20,000 bases of DNA from an uncultured Rhodopirellula sp. (GCA_964007735.1 CAXGAI010000009.1:112460-132459), one strand, 5' to 3'. Positions 1-9,294 are shown, counted from the stretch's first letter. The notes: a model not told the origin generated them from the sequence alone. Numbers and translations are program-made.

Positions 1-1
1 C

Positions 2-1345
2 TTCGACACTACTTGTATCCAGATCTTTGAAAAAGTCCTGTCGAATGGAAAGACTTTTTGTCAGGAACCATTGAGTATGTGCTTCAATCTCATGTGCCTG
101 TGCTACTTCACGGGCATTCACATCTGTCGGTTTCGTACTCAGTTTTGGTGCTGTTCCGACCGCTACAATACCTGCCTCGATAGAAATGGCCGAAGCGACG
201 GCGTCCAATGCTGCTGTAGTAGCAAAGCCTCCGTGCCCGTCACCACTAATAAATAGCTCAATGCGGGTCAGATCTTCGCTGCCAATTAAGTCCTTTGCAC
301 GCTGAACTTCCGCCGCAACAACTTTTGGTTCCGGAGTATCCAGCACAGCTGGAGCTCCACCTTCACTCTTCAATTCAAACTCAGGCCCCTTAGCCGCCTC
401 AATCACCAAATGGCGTGGAGCAACCAATGAGGCTAATTCGGCATCCCCAAATTGATCCAGGAACGCATGTACATTTCTACTGACAGGCTCCGACCACATC
501 TCCTGGCGGGAATCAAAATAACCACTCACCATGGCCGCGTCGATTCGGGTATCTAATGCCGCACTGTAGAGTGCGAGCAAGCCCCCTTCCCCGTAGCCGG
601 CAACCGCCACATTGGGCCCTTCTTCGGAACGAGCCTTACACCAATCCACGACAGCCAAAACCTTTTGGATTTCAAAGCCAATTAAATGTCGGCCCAACTC
701 AAAGCTGCTGCGATATAAGAATTCGCGAGTCGTCATCTTGGCTCGATTGTTACGTGGACCATATCGACGACTAATAATGGCTGGAACAACGACGGTAAAT
801 CCACTCTCAGCAAACCGTCGTGCAAATTGCTGCTCGGCTGGAATACCTTCCGCTAAACCACTGATCATTTCCGGGGTTTGGTCAGCGTCCGGAATGGCAA
901 TCACATAGGCCCCGTTCGGCTTAGCCGGCTTTAGTAGCAAACCGATCCCGTTGATGTCCCGAACGGCCGGCCAACGTACGTTATAAGCGGTAAACAAATC
1001 ACTCTTCGCAGCTTCTACTGGGCCGTCTGTTCGAGCAATAATATCGAGGTCGGTGAATGACTTCCGTTCGTCCACAACACCTGTGATTTCCGCCAGTCGT
1101 TCACGATTGGGTGCCACAGACTTGACGTACGCCTCTGCGGAACTGCTGTCACGATTCCAATATCGTGCCCGAGCGTCCATCGTTGACTCAAGCTGACGCA
1201 ATAAAAAACGATCAACACCATCCACCAGATGGGATGCAATATCACCTTCCAGAGTTAACGGTTTAGTGCCTGGTAACTGCTGTGCATTAGTGACATCCAC
1301 CACCAAGAGTTGGGCGGCAAGATAAAGCATAATCAATCTGGTCAT
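2..1345 (-). CDS. Secreted alpha/beta-hydrolase-fold protein (dienelactone hydrolase / acetyl-xylan-esterase-like); partial, 3' end lies beyond the window start
   Basis: Absent from the ORF track, consistent with no stop codon inside the window; segments read manually. ATG at 1345 gives MTRLIMLYLAAQLLVVDVTNAQQLPGTKPLTLEGDIASHLVDGVDRFLLRQL (signal-peptide-like). The same frame contains VAVAGYGEGGLLALYSAALDTRIDAAMVSGYF and AELASLVAPRHLVIE, typical alpha/beta-hydrolase segments. Confidence 0.8.
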   Translation of the reverse strand, partial: MTRLIMLYLAAQLLVVDVTNAQQLPGTKPLTLEGDIASHLVDGVDRFLLRQLESTMDARARYWNRDSSSAEAYVKSVAPNRERLAEITGVVDERKSFTDLDIIARTDGPVEAAKSDLFTAYNVRWPAVRDINGIGLLLKPAKPNGAYVIAIPDADQTPEMISGLAEGIPAEQQFARRFAESGFTVVVPAIISRRYGPRNNRAKMTTREFLYRSSFELGRHLIGFEIQKVLAVVDWCKARSEEGPNVAVAGYGEGGLLALYSAALDTRIDAAMVSGYFDSRQEMWSEPVSRNVHAFLDQFGDAELASLVAPRHLVIEAAKGPEFELKSEGGAPAVLDTPEPKVVAAEVQRAKDLIGSEDLTRIELFISGDGHGGFATTAALDAVASAISIEAGIVAVGTAPKLSTKPTDVNAREVAQAHEIEAHTQWFLTKSLSIRQDFFKDLDTSSVE

Positions 1346-1418
1346 CGTAATTACTCAATGAATGGTTAAACGTGTAGTTACTACTGATTCTAAAGCGTAA
1401 ACCAGAGGTAATCAAAAA

Positions 1419-2345
1419 TTACACGTGATCAATGTGGCGGAAAAATGAAAGCTCTTCCGACTGATAAGAGGTAAGTAACTTACCTGATAACGATTTCCAC
1501 ATCGTTATCTCCGTCTCACGCTCCCGATACTGAAGCCATGCCGGTGCATCGTGTAAAGGTGGAAACCATCCGTGGACTTCGCTGATACCCTGCTCTTTCG
1601 CAAAACAAGAAATCGATTTTGCTAATTGCTCAAGCGTGGTGGCGTCATGATCTGTGATAGCGAAGTCTTCTAAACAAGCAAGATCACCATTCTTTCTTAG
1701 ATGGATATAACCCTGACGTTGACCGTTTTGAGTTAACCAGAGAAATTGATCCTTCGCATGCTTGGCGGCTAGAAATTCCCAATATTTCCGGGGCCTAAAC
1801 AGGTAACAGGTTTGTCGTCGGTGATTGGCTTCATACATTTCAACCATCTGATCGAGATCAAAGGTTAGATCCAAAGGTTCAGTCAACCAGCCCTCGACTT
1901 CTGCAGGCTTAATGCAAACATTTGGAGCACTGCTTATCTGATAACCCATCCGGGCGTAATAATTTGGGTTAATATCAGAGAACAAAAGACTCCAACGCAC
2001 CTCATGATTCGCCGCTTGTTCCTGTTCAGCATAGGCAATTAACCCGGCAGCATAACCACGTTCGCGAAATTCCGGATTCGTATGCACTGCCCCAATAAAC
2101 ATCGCAGGTTGCAAATCCCCGCCTACAGAAAGAACCATCGGGAAAACACCAAGTGACGTGACGACCATTCCGTCAAGCACACCTACATACCAAACAGCCC
2201 GCTGATGGTGGCTCGAGTTAAGTCGCCACTCGACATATTCATCCAGCGGTAAATCATTACCCCAAAACTCATAGACATTAGCAAAAGCAGCACGTTTCTC
2301 TTGAGGATTCGCACGATGATAATCCAAAGCAAGCTCAACCATCAC
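1419..2345 (-). CDS. GNAT family N-acetyltransferase (Eis-like, probably two GNAT folds)
   Basis: 308 aa ORF. Acetyl-CoA motif A IGAVHTNPEFRERGYAAGLI, followed by LLFSDINPNYYARMGY. GAGGG RBS-like sequence upstream; start is GTG 2345 or ATG 2342. Confidence 0.85.
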   Translation of the reverse strand: MMVELALDYHRANPQEKRAAFANVYEFWGNDLPLDEYVEWRLNSSHHQRAVWYVGVLDGMVVTSLGVFPMVLSVGGDLQPAMFIGAVHTNPEFRERGYAAGLIAYAEQEQAANHEVRWSLLFSDINPNYYARMGYQISSAPNVCIKPAEVEGWLTEPLDLTFDLDQMVEMYEANHRRQTCYLFRPRKYWEFLAAKHAKDQFLWLTQNGQRQGYIHLRKNGDLACLEDFAITDHDATTLEQLAKSISCFAKEQGISEVHGWFPPLHDAPAWLQYRERETEITMWKSLSGKLLTSYQSEELSFFRHIDHV

Positions 2346-2357
2346 TCAACCCTCACC

Positions 2358-5300
2358 TTACTTCCAAGCTTCGTTGAAAAAGCCGGCTTCAATGACTTTC
2401 CCGGGAACCTGGTCATTGGGAGGTAGAGAAAGATCGATCACTGACCAGTCCGGAAGCTTAGGGTTCTGAAGTGAGTTCGTGCGGTCATGCCCTTCGCGAT
2501 GGGTTGGACCACTATTGAGAACTATATATTTCTCGCTGTTTAGCGGGTTTGGGTAGATCAAGACAGGCACGTGCGAAGCCGCATCATACTGATTCTCCTT
2601 GATCATCAGAGACTCTTTATTCCACTCGAAAGGCAATGCATTCTGTTTTTCCATGATCCGTTTTAACAACGTGTTCGATGTCGTATCACCAAACACGATC
2701 AGGTGATTGTTTCTTAAATCCTCTTCAGAAATATCTTTGTCATACTTCATCTTGGGAGTCGCTCGATATAACGTCTTCCAGCGATGAAGGAAGTGCTGCA
2801 ATTCAAAGTGAACCCATCGTTCAACTGCAGGGTTCATTGATTTTTTTCCGGGCAATACAACAAGGAAAGGCGATAAAAATGCGTCGTCAATGGGACCCTG
2901 TAACCCAGGTCGTTTGACGACACCCTCCGGCGCTCGTTGGACCCGGCTCCAAGCTCCGTTTTCACCACCAGCTTTAGCTAAGTGCACTGCTTTTTTACTC
3001 TGTCCAACGGCCGGTATCTGTATGGTATGGCCATCAATTACGACCCTTGCTCCATTCAGTGATAATTTGCCGTCGAGTGTAAGTGCGGTCACATTCTTTG
3101 TGGCCAGCTTATAGGTCTGGGGCTGAATAATTTCAGCATCCACCCGACTATCCTTCCAATGTTGCTTCAGTCCGGTGACGGTAAGCCAGTGCATCTTGTT
3201 ATATCGCAAAGTCTGTGTTTGCAGATGTATCTTCCTGGGGATCTCGGGCTGACCTTGCTGCACCGCTTCATTTACCAGGGCACGAATCTCGGCCAACGAT
3301 TCAGGATGATAACGGTGCCCCATACCTGGCCCAATAATGTGAGGAAGCTTGGCCCCTTCTGTCTTAAACGCCCTTTCCATTATCTGGGCCGCCTGAATCT
3401 GCTTGTCTAACTCGCCGCTATAAGCAATGGTTGGCAGATTGAATAAATTGCGGACATAGTTCGGAACATCATACATCCCCCACAACGTTTGCACATATTC
3501 AGCAGGATAATCTTCCACTGGGAGCTTGATATACTCTTTGGTTTCGGCAAATCCAGCGCCGGGACCAACCGCTACCCATTGATCAGCATAGTGAGCGCCA
3601 ATATGCCAGGCCCCGGCACCACCCATCGAAAAGCCCATCAGGGCAATCCGGCGGGTGTCAATTTTGTAGTGCTCGCTCACATGTTGAACACACTCGAGTA
3701 CATCGATCTCACCAGCCGACTTGAATCCCATACAATGTCTGCCAAAAGGGTGAACCACAATCGCGTTTTCCGGGGTAACCTGTCCTTTACGGGTCATCCG
3801 CTGATGAATGAAATGCATATCTGTCGTTTTGTCACCTCGACCATGTAACCAGACGTAAAGCGGAGCTGGTTTACTGAAATCAAAGCCTTCCGGAATCTCC
3901 AAGCCATAAGGTTGAGGGCTATCATCGATACTTGAATAGTAACCGCGAACTACCAGACCCGTTTTTCGCGTCCAGTCTTCCTTACCGCGTGCTAACAAAG
4001 CAACACGTCGTTCAGCTTCACTAAGAACTTGTTTGGCAATGTCTATCTGAGCAGGTGAATAGAACTCACCCAGGTCCACAGCCCATTGAACACTCTTAAC
4101 CAATGCCTTGACGTCAGCTGATAACGCTCCTCGCGACTGTGGCAATTCGAGTGCAATTTGCAAAGCTGTCAGGCGCGTACGAAGCAAAGCGAACACTGCT
4201 TCATCAATTTCAATACCTTGAGGCGGGATTTTATGTTGAATTGGATCCCATGCCGGCAATCCTGAACGATCCTGTGGCAACTTCATCGTGCTTAAATGAG
4301 TACCCAGTCGACGATGAAATTTATCAGGTGTTAGATTGACCGGAACCTCATCTGCCGTGCGACTTACCCAATCATCCAATTGGTTGCTCAATCTTGCTTT
4401 GACTTCCGCTAAAGTCAACTCACCAGCAATGTTCTTCAGAGAGTGAGGGTCAGCCTCGAGGTCATAAAGTTCTTCAGCCGCACGTGGATAAAGAAAGCAC
4501 TGCCGCTGATGTTCGGCGAGTTTCCCTTCAGATTCCAGTGCCTGCATACTGTCGTAACTTAAACTACGAACTGCATCAGCCGGTGGTGTGGCTGGATATT
4601 CGGGGAAGGAATTGCGAATATACAAATAACGTCCGTCACGCACAGCACGGTCATGAGCTGCATAATCATGCCAGTTATGTTCCGCAAAGATGTATTCACG
4701 ACTGACAGCGGAAGCATTACGCAATCCCCGTGCAAAGGATTTACCTTGAAAAGAGCCGGGGATATCTATTCCTGCCAATTCCACGAACGTGGCTGCAATA
4801 TCAACACTACTCACTAAGTTCTTATTTACTTGCCCCGCCTCCACTTCCTGAGGCCACGATACGACGAACGGTGTTCGAATTCCACTGTCATACATCGTTG
4901 TCTTACATCGCGGGAACGGCCGGCCGTTATCCGCCATGACAATAAGGACCGTGTTATCAAATACTTCCTGTCTCTTCAGTTCAGCCACAACCTTACCAAC
5001 GTACTCGTCCATGCGACTAACTTCGTCGTAATACAAAGCTAAATCTTTGCGTACATCCTCGGTATCGGGCAGATAGGGAGGCACGACAACTTCTTTATTT
5101 GTATGTGGCGGATCAACAGCATTTTTTGACCACCCTCGATGAGCGTCGGTAGCCGCAAACCACATAAAGAACGGCTTCTCTTTATCTCGTGCTTTCAACG
5201 TCGGAATCCACTGCTCGCAACCGCTCGGACTTCCTCCTTGGATGGAGTCAAAATGCTGTCGGGGCGCATTGCCCAAATGCCACTTTCCGGCAGCGGCTGT

Positions 5301-5654
5301 GTAATACCCCTCATCTCGAAGAACTTTGGCAAACGTAAGCTGATCTTCCGGCAAAGGCTGATGCAATTCGCCGGCACCGGTCGCGTGAGGATACCGGCCG
5401 GTCATAATGCTACAACGACTCGGACTACACGAACTGGTGGTGAGGAATGCCAAATCGAAACGCATCCCACCTTTGGCTAAGGCATCAACATGAGGTGTAC
5501 GAATGTGAGGATGACCGTAAGCACCGTAGTCATCCCAGCTTATATCGTCACCAATAATAACTACAAAATTAGGACGTTCAGCAGCCTGGCTAGAACCAAC
5601 AAGGCTCAAAGTTAAAAATGTTAGAGAGAGAAAAAAGAATTGTAAATAACGCAT
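2358..5654 (-). CDS. Secreted fusion protein: N-terminal formylglycine-dependent (S1) sulfatase plus C-terminal alpha/beta serine hydrolase (esterase / prolyl-oligopeptidase-like) with a C-terminal extension
   Basis: The ORF track gives 2358..5708. ATG 5654 is preferred because it begins a clean signal peptide (MRYLQFFFLSLTFLTLSLVGSSQA-AERPN). Sulfatase motifs: PNFVVIIGDD, CSPSR..IMTGRYPH (5415-5429), GKWHLG, ADNG, EELYDLEADP. Hydrolase motifs: WLHGRGD, GFSMGG (3618-3635), SGELD, GMGH. Confidence 0.9.
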   Translation of the reverse strand: MRYLQFFFLSLTFLTLSLVGSSQAAERPNFVVIIGDDISWDDYGAYGHPHIRTPHVDALAKGGMRFDLAFLTTSSCSPSRCSIMTGRYPHATGAGELHQPLPEDQLTFAKVLRDEGYYTAAAGKWHLGNAPRQHFDSIQGGSPSGCEQWIPTLKARDKEKPFFMWFAATDAHRGWSKNAVDPPHTNKEVVVPPYLPDTEDVRKDLALYYDEVSRMDEYVGKVVAELKRQEVFDNTVLIVMADNGRPFPRCKTTMYDSGIRTPFVVSWPQEVEAGQVNKNLVSSVDIAATFVELAGIDIPGSFQGKSFARGLRNASAVSREYIFAEHNWHDYAAHDRAVRDGRYLYIRNSFPEYPATPPADAVRSLSYDSMQALESEGKLAEHQRQCFLYPRAAEELYDLEADPHSLKNIAGELTLAEVKARLSNQLDDWVSRTADEVPVNLTPDKFHRRLGTHLSTMKLPQDRSGLPAWDPIQHKIPPQGIEIDEAVFALLRTRLTALQIALELPQSRGALSADVKALVKSVQWAVDLGEFYSPAQIDIAKQVLSEAERRVALLARGKEDWTRKTGLVVRGYYSSIDDSPQPYGLEIPEGFDFSKPAPLYVWLHGRGDKTTDMHFIHQRMTRKGQVTPENAIVVHPFGRHCMGFKSAGEIDVLECVQHVSEHYKIDTRRIALMGFSMGGAGAWHIGAHYADQWVAVGPGAGFAETKEYIKLPVEDYPAEYVQTLWGMYDVPNYVRNLFNLPTIAYSGELDKQIQAAQIMERAFKTEGAKLPHIIGPGMGHRYHPESLAEIRALVNEAVQQGQPEIPRKIHLQTQTLRYNKMHWLTVTGLKQHWKDSRVDAEIIQPQTYKLATKNVTALTLDGKLSLNGARVVIDGHTIQIPAVGQSKKAVHLAKAGGENGAWSRVQRAPEGVVKRPGLQGPIDDAFLSPFLVVLPGKKSMNPAVERWVHFELQHFLHRWKTLYRATPKMKYDKDISEEDLRNNHLIVFGDTTSNTLLKRIMEKQNALPFEWNKESLMIKENQYDAASHVPVLIYPNPLNSEKYIVLNSGPTHREGHDRTNSLQNPKLPDWSVIDLSLPPNDQVPGKVIEAGFFNEAWK

Positions 5655-6045
5655 AAAACAGCGGGCTCCATTCGGTAGTTTGCGATTCGCTCTGTCAGTA
5701 TACTTCACATCTCTCTGTGCTTGTGCAGGTTAGCGCAAAAATGAACCGGCAACCCTAAAGATTGACTTTTGATTTTTTCTCCGGCAAATCGAGCGCGATG
5801 GATCCAGAAAGATCTAACTCAAGAGTTCAAAGTGCGCCCGCGACTCTAAATTACCGCTCTACGGTAGACACCTTTTTGCATACGGGTAATCAAGGTGGCG
5901 TTAAAGCGTCACAACCTTTGGTGGCAATTCATACAATACAAATCTAATATAAAGTATAGAAGACAGGTTTGAGAATTGGATGCTTTCCCTGGCTTGATGA
6001 AACGATGGCTGTCATGGACCGGATCAAGGGGAGATAAGTTTTAAT

Positions 6046-7248
6046 ATGATGAGAAAAATTAAATTCTATATCCTTGTCTGGTGCGTCGCCGTGAGCCTCG
6101 GTCTGCCAGCTCCACCAAGCTCTCTGTTCGGAGAGCAGCAGAAGCAAATTTTTGTGCATTACATGCCTTGGTACGCTTCGAAACCAATCAGCGGTACGTG
6201 GGGATGGCACTGGACAATGAATAAGTTCACGCCAGAGCAAAAACCCTTGGAGCTTGCATCTCATTTCGTTCCTCAAATAGGGCCCTATGACTCGTTTGAT
6301 CCCCATGCGATTGAATATCACGTTCAATTAATGAAGCTTTCCGGAATTAACGGAGTCATTATCGACTGGTACGGTGTGTCGGAATTTCGGGACTATGCCA
6401 TGATCCATCGAAATACAAAAGCTCTCATTAATGTCATTAGAAAAGCTGGTTTAAAGTATGTAATTTGTTATGAAGACCAGACTATAAAACACCGAATTGA
6501 GCAAAAACAAATTGGGCCGGAACAGTCATTAGAGTATGCGCGAAAAGATTTGCTGTGGCTCAAAACAAATTGTTTTGTTGATAGCTCTTATCTGAAAATA
6601 TCTAATCGTCCTGTATTATTGGTTTTCGGCCCCCAGCATCTAAAGGTAGAGAGCTGGCAGCAATTAAAGAAAAATTCAGCCATGGAACTTTTCGCCCTCC
6701 CTCACCTCAGTCAAGGCGCAAAATTCGATGGTGCGTTCGGCTGGCCCCCTGTACACGGCGGCAAAACCATTAAACGACAAGTCTGGGAATCCTATTTGGA
6801 CATGCTCGAAGGCAGGTCATCAAAAGAGAAAATGATCTCCATCGCGTTTCCCGGATTTAAAGATATCTATCGTGAGGCGAATGTTGGTCCAAGTTACGGT
6901 TTTATAGATAGCGAAAAAGGGAATACCTTCAAGTCAACTTTTAACCGAGCGCAGAAAGATTCTTCCCTATTCATCCAAATTGCCACCTGGAATGATTTTG
7001 GAGAAGGAACAAATATTGAACCAACCCATGAATACGGATTGGTTTATTTAGAGTACATTCAAAAGCAAACAGATTCACATCACGATTTTCAACCTGATGA
7101 CCTGAAGATCCCATTGAAGCTTTACCAACTCAGAAAATCGCACTTGAAAGACCCGTTAAAAACACACGTGTTTGATTCGTCTTCGCAAAATCTGCTCAAG
7201 GGACAAGTTGACAACGTGCGCGCGACAATCGCCGGAGAAAAAGAATGA
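6046..7248 (+). CDS. Secreted glycoside hydrolase, GH71/GH99-like
   Basis: 400 aa with an N-terminal signal-like hydrophobic stretch. Motifs VHYMPWY, PQIGPYDS.DP..IEYH..LMK.SGINGVIIDWYG, AFPGFKD and IATWNDFGEGTNIEP match the GH71/GH99 barrel. Confidence 0.8.
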   Translation: MMRKIKFYILVWCVAVSLGLPAPPSSLFGEQQKQIFVHYMPWYASKPISGTWGWHWTMNKFTPEQKPLELASHFVPQIGPYDSFDPHAIEYHVQLMKLSGINGVIIDWYGVSEFRDYAMIHRNTKALINVIRKAGLKYVICYEDQTIKHRIEQKQIGPEQSLEYARKDLLWLKTNCFVDSSYLKISNRPVLLVFGPQHLKVESWQQLKKNSAMELFALPHLSQGAKFDGAFGWPPVHGGKTIKRQVWESYLDMLEGRSSKEKMISIAFPGFKDIYREANVGPSYGFIDSEKGNTFKSTFNRAQKDSSLFIQIATWNDFGEGTNIEPTHEYGLVYLEYIQKQTDSHHDFQPDDLKIPLKLYQLRKSHLKDPLKTHVFDSSSQNLLKGQVDNVRATIAGEKE

Positions 7249-8186
7249 CTCAGTTACCACGCGTTATTACAGATGATGTACTTTCCGACAATCTCATCGA
7301 GCTACTTGCTGGAAAAATCGAACGCCTTCCCTGGGCAACCTTAGATGGTGGTGTGGATGAAACCGTCGACGGAATTTTAACCTTCGGGCACATGCTGGTG
7401 ACAGCCGGGCATATGGCTAAGTTCCCCAATCTAAAAGTGGTTAGTAACTATGGTGTGGGTGTTGATCACATCGATGTCGAGGCCGCTCGAAATTTGAACA
7501 TACCGGTTGGCAACACACCTCACGTGCTCAATGGAACCACGGCGGATCAGGCCATGACTCTACTATTGGCGGCTGGCCGTCGATTAAGAGAAGGAGATAG
7601 ATACGCCCGCAGTTCTGAATTCACCTACTTTGACCCCGCCTACATGCTGGGCACGGAAATCCACCATCAAACCGTTGGGATTATTGGACTTGGTGGAATT
7701 GGTTACCAGATCGCCCGTCGTTGTGCAGCGTTCGATATGAATATCCTCTATCACAAACGAACACCGTTAGCCGACAACCCAGAAAATCTCAAACTAACGT
7801 ATGTCTCGCTGGATGAATTACTACAGCAATCCGACTTCGTAGTTTGCATCTGCCCGCTGACTGAAGACACCACCGGCCTGATAGGTAAAGAAGAGTTTGC
7901 CAAAATGAAGAACTCTGCCGTGCTTATCAATGTCGCCCGCGGGCCTGTTGTGGATACTGCAGCATTAACAGAAGCACTACAACAGAGAATAATATACGCA
8001 GCGGGTTTAGATGTGACCGATCCGGAGCCATTACCCCGAGACCATCCTTTACTGTCGCTGGACAACGTAACCCTCGCTCCGCATCTGGGCAGTGCCACTA
8101 TGCAAACTCGGCGCAAGATGGCTGAGATCAGTGTTGAGAATCTGCTACTTGGATTAGACGACCAAACCCTTCTTCATTCGGTCTAA
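7245..8186 (+). CDS. D-2-hydroxyacid dehydrogenase (glyoxylate/hydroxypyruvate reductase, GhrB/GyaR-like)
   Basis: NYGVGVDHID, VGNTPHVL, Rossmann GIIGLGGIG, catalytic R/E/H motifs INVARGPVVD, LDVTDPEP and PHLGSAT. ATGA overlap with the upstream glycosidase stop codon. Confidence 0.92.
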   Translation: MTQLPRVITDDVLSDNLIELLAGKIERLPWATLDGGVDETVDGILTFGHMLVTAGHMAKFPNLKVVSNYGVGVDHIDVEAARNLNIPVGNTPHVLNGTTADQAMTLLLAAGRRLREGDRYARSSEFTYFDPAYMLGTEIHHQTVGIIGLGGIGYQIARRCAAFDMNILYHKRTPLADNPENLKLTYVSLDELLQQSDFVVCICPLTEDTTGLIGKEEFAKMKNSAVLINVARGPVVDTAALTEALQQRIIYAAGLDVTDPEPLPRDHPLLSLDNVTLAPHLGSATMQTRRKMAEISVENLLLGLDDQTLLHSV

Positions 8187-8240
8187 AATCATCGTGTACC
8201 CTTTTATCCAGCGGGTAGGATCGATCTATCTACAAATCGC

Positions 8241-9236
8241 TTAGATAACTTCCCAACTCTTACTCTCTGACGCACGTAAAATCGCTTCGATCACCCTCAT
8301 ATTACCGACGGCATCGGTAATCGGAGTTGGTACGTCGGTGTTGTCAAGCACCGCGCGGGAAAACAGATCTCCCTGTATTCCATATTGATCACAAATATCA
8401 AAAACGATCTCTTCAATTTCACCACATGATTTCTGATGCCACATTTTGCAGGGAGCATCTGGTGGAGCATTGAATGGAATTTCGATTTCAATCCGACCCT
8501 TGTCACCATAAATATTGACTCGCTGGTAAGGGGCTAACTGAGTCGAACAGGTGAAGGTCGAGGTCCCATTACCAAAATCCAAAATGGCACTCGATAAAAC
8601 ATCGGTTCCAAATTCTGAATGGAATTCTGCAATTCCACTCACTCGATTCGGTTCACTGCCAAAAATAAAACGCGAGACGCTGATCGGGTAACAACCAATA
8701 TCCATCAAACCACCACCACCGATGTCTGCCATATTACGAATATTGTTCGGATCATCATTGAAATAGGAGAAAAAAGAATTGATCGTTGTCAGGGTTCCGA
8801 TACCGCCACCGCGAACAATTTCACGAGCTTTCTGCCACTGTGGATGGTGGCGATACATGAACGCTTCCATACATTTCAAATCAGGATGAGCCGCCGCTGC
8901 ATCTACTAACTGCTGACCCTCTTCACTGGTCAAAGCAATTGGCTTCTCACAGAGAACGTGCTTACCGGCTTCTAAGGCCTGAATGGAAACCGGAACATGC
9001 AAATGATTTGGTAGCGGATTATAGATCGCATCAATATCCGGATCTGCCAGCAACGCTTCATACGAACCATAGGCTTTTGGAATTCCTAATTCCGCCGCCG
9101 TTGCCTCCGCCTTTTCCTGTGTCCGAGAGGCAATCGCAACAATATCACAGTACTGAGCTTGTTGCATTGCAGGGATTACTTTTTCAGTACCAATCTTTGC
9201 CGTACTTACAATTCCCCAACGAAGTTTATCTGACAT
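8241..9236 (-). CDS. Gfo/Idh/MocA family oxidoreductase (sugar dehydrogenase-like)
   Basis: LRWGIVSTAKI, YNPLPNHLH, HVLCEKP, EAFMYRHHPQ, GGGGLMDIGCY. Confidence 0.92.
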   Translation of the reverse strand: MSDKLRWGIVSTAKIGTEKVIPAMQQAQYCDIVAIASRTQEKAEATAAELGIPKAYGSYEALLADPDIDAIYNPLPNHLHVPVSIQALEAGKHVLCEKPIALTSEEGQQLVDAAAAHPDLKCMEAFMYRHHPQWQKAREIVRGGGIGTLTTINSFFSYFNDDPNNIRNMADIGGGGLMDIGCYPISVSRFIFGSEPNRVSGIAEFHSEFGTDVLSSAILDFGNGTSTFTCSTQLAPYQRVNIYGDKGRIEIEIPFNAPPDAPCKMWHQKSCGEIEEIVFDICDQYGIQGDLFSRAVLDNTDVPTPITDAVGNMRVIEAILRASESKSWEVI

Positions 9237-9294
9237 AACGCTATTTGAATCTCACTCCTCATGCGAGTTAATTTTGAGTCATCTATTGCCACTC

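Noticed and set aside
71..1245. Short ORFs 71..256, 556..774, 612..908 (+) and 1015..1245 (-)
   Set aside because: Antisense or out-of-frame shadows of the partial hydrolase gene (2..1345, minus strand); no recognisable motifs.
2678..5480. Cluster of 60-120 aa ORFs, mostly plus strand
   Set aside because: All lie within the sulfatase-hydrolase gene and have non-protein-like composition.
5655..5708. Longer GTG start for the sulfatase fusion
   Set aside because: It adds 18 residues ahead of a clean signal peptide; ATG 5654 is more plausible, although not proven.
5858..5868. Palindrome TCTAC-G-GTAGA in the intergenic region
   Set aside because: Only 5 bp arms and a single copy; expected by chance.
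5762..6327. ORFs 5762..5947 (+) and 5944..6327 (-)
   Set aside because: The first has a TTG start, no RBS and no motif, and lies in a probable divergent promoter region. The second is largely antisense to the glycosidase.
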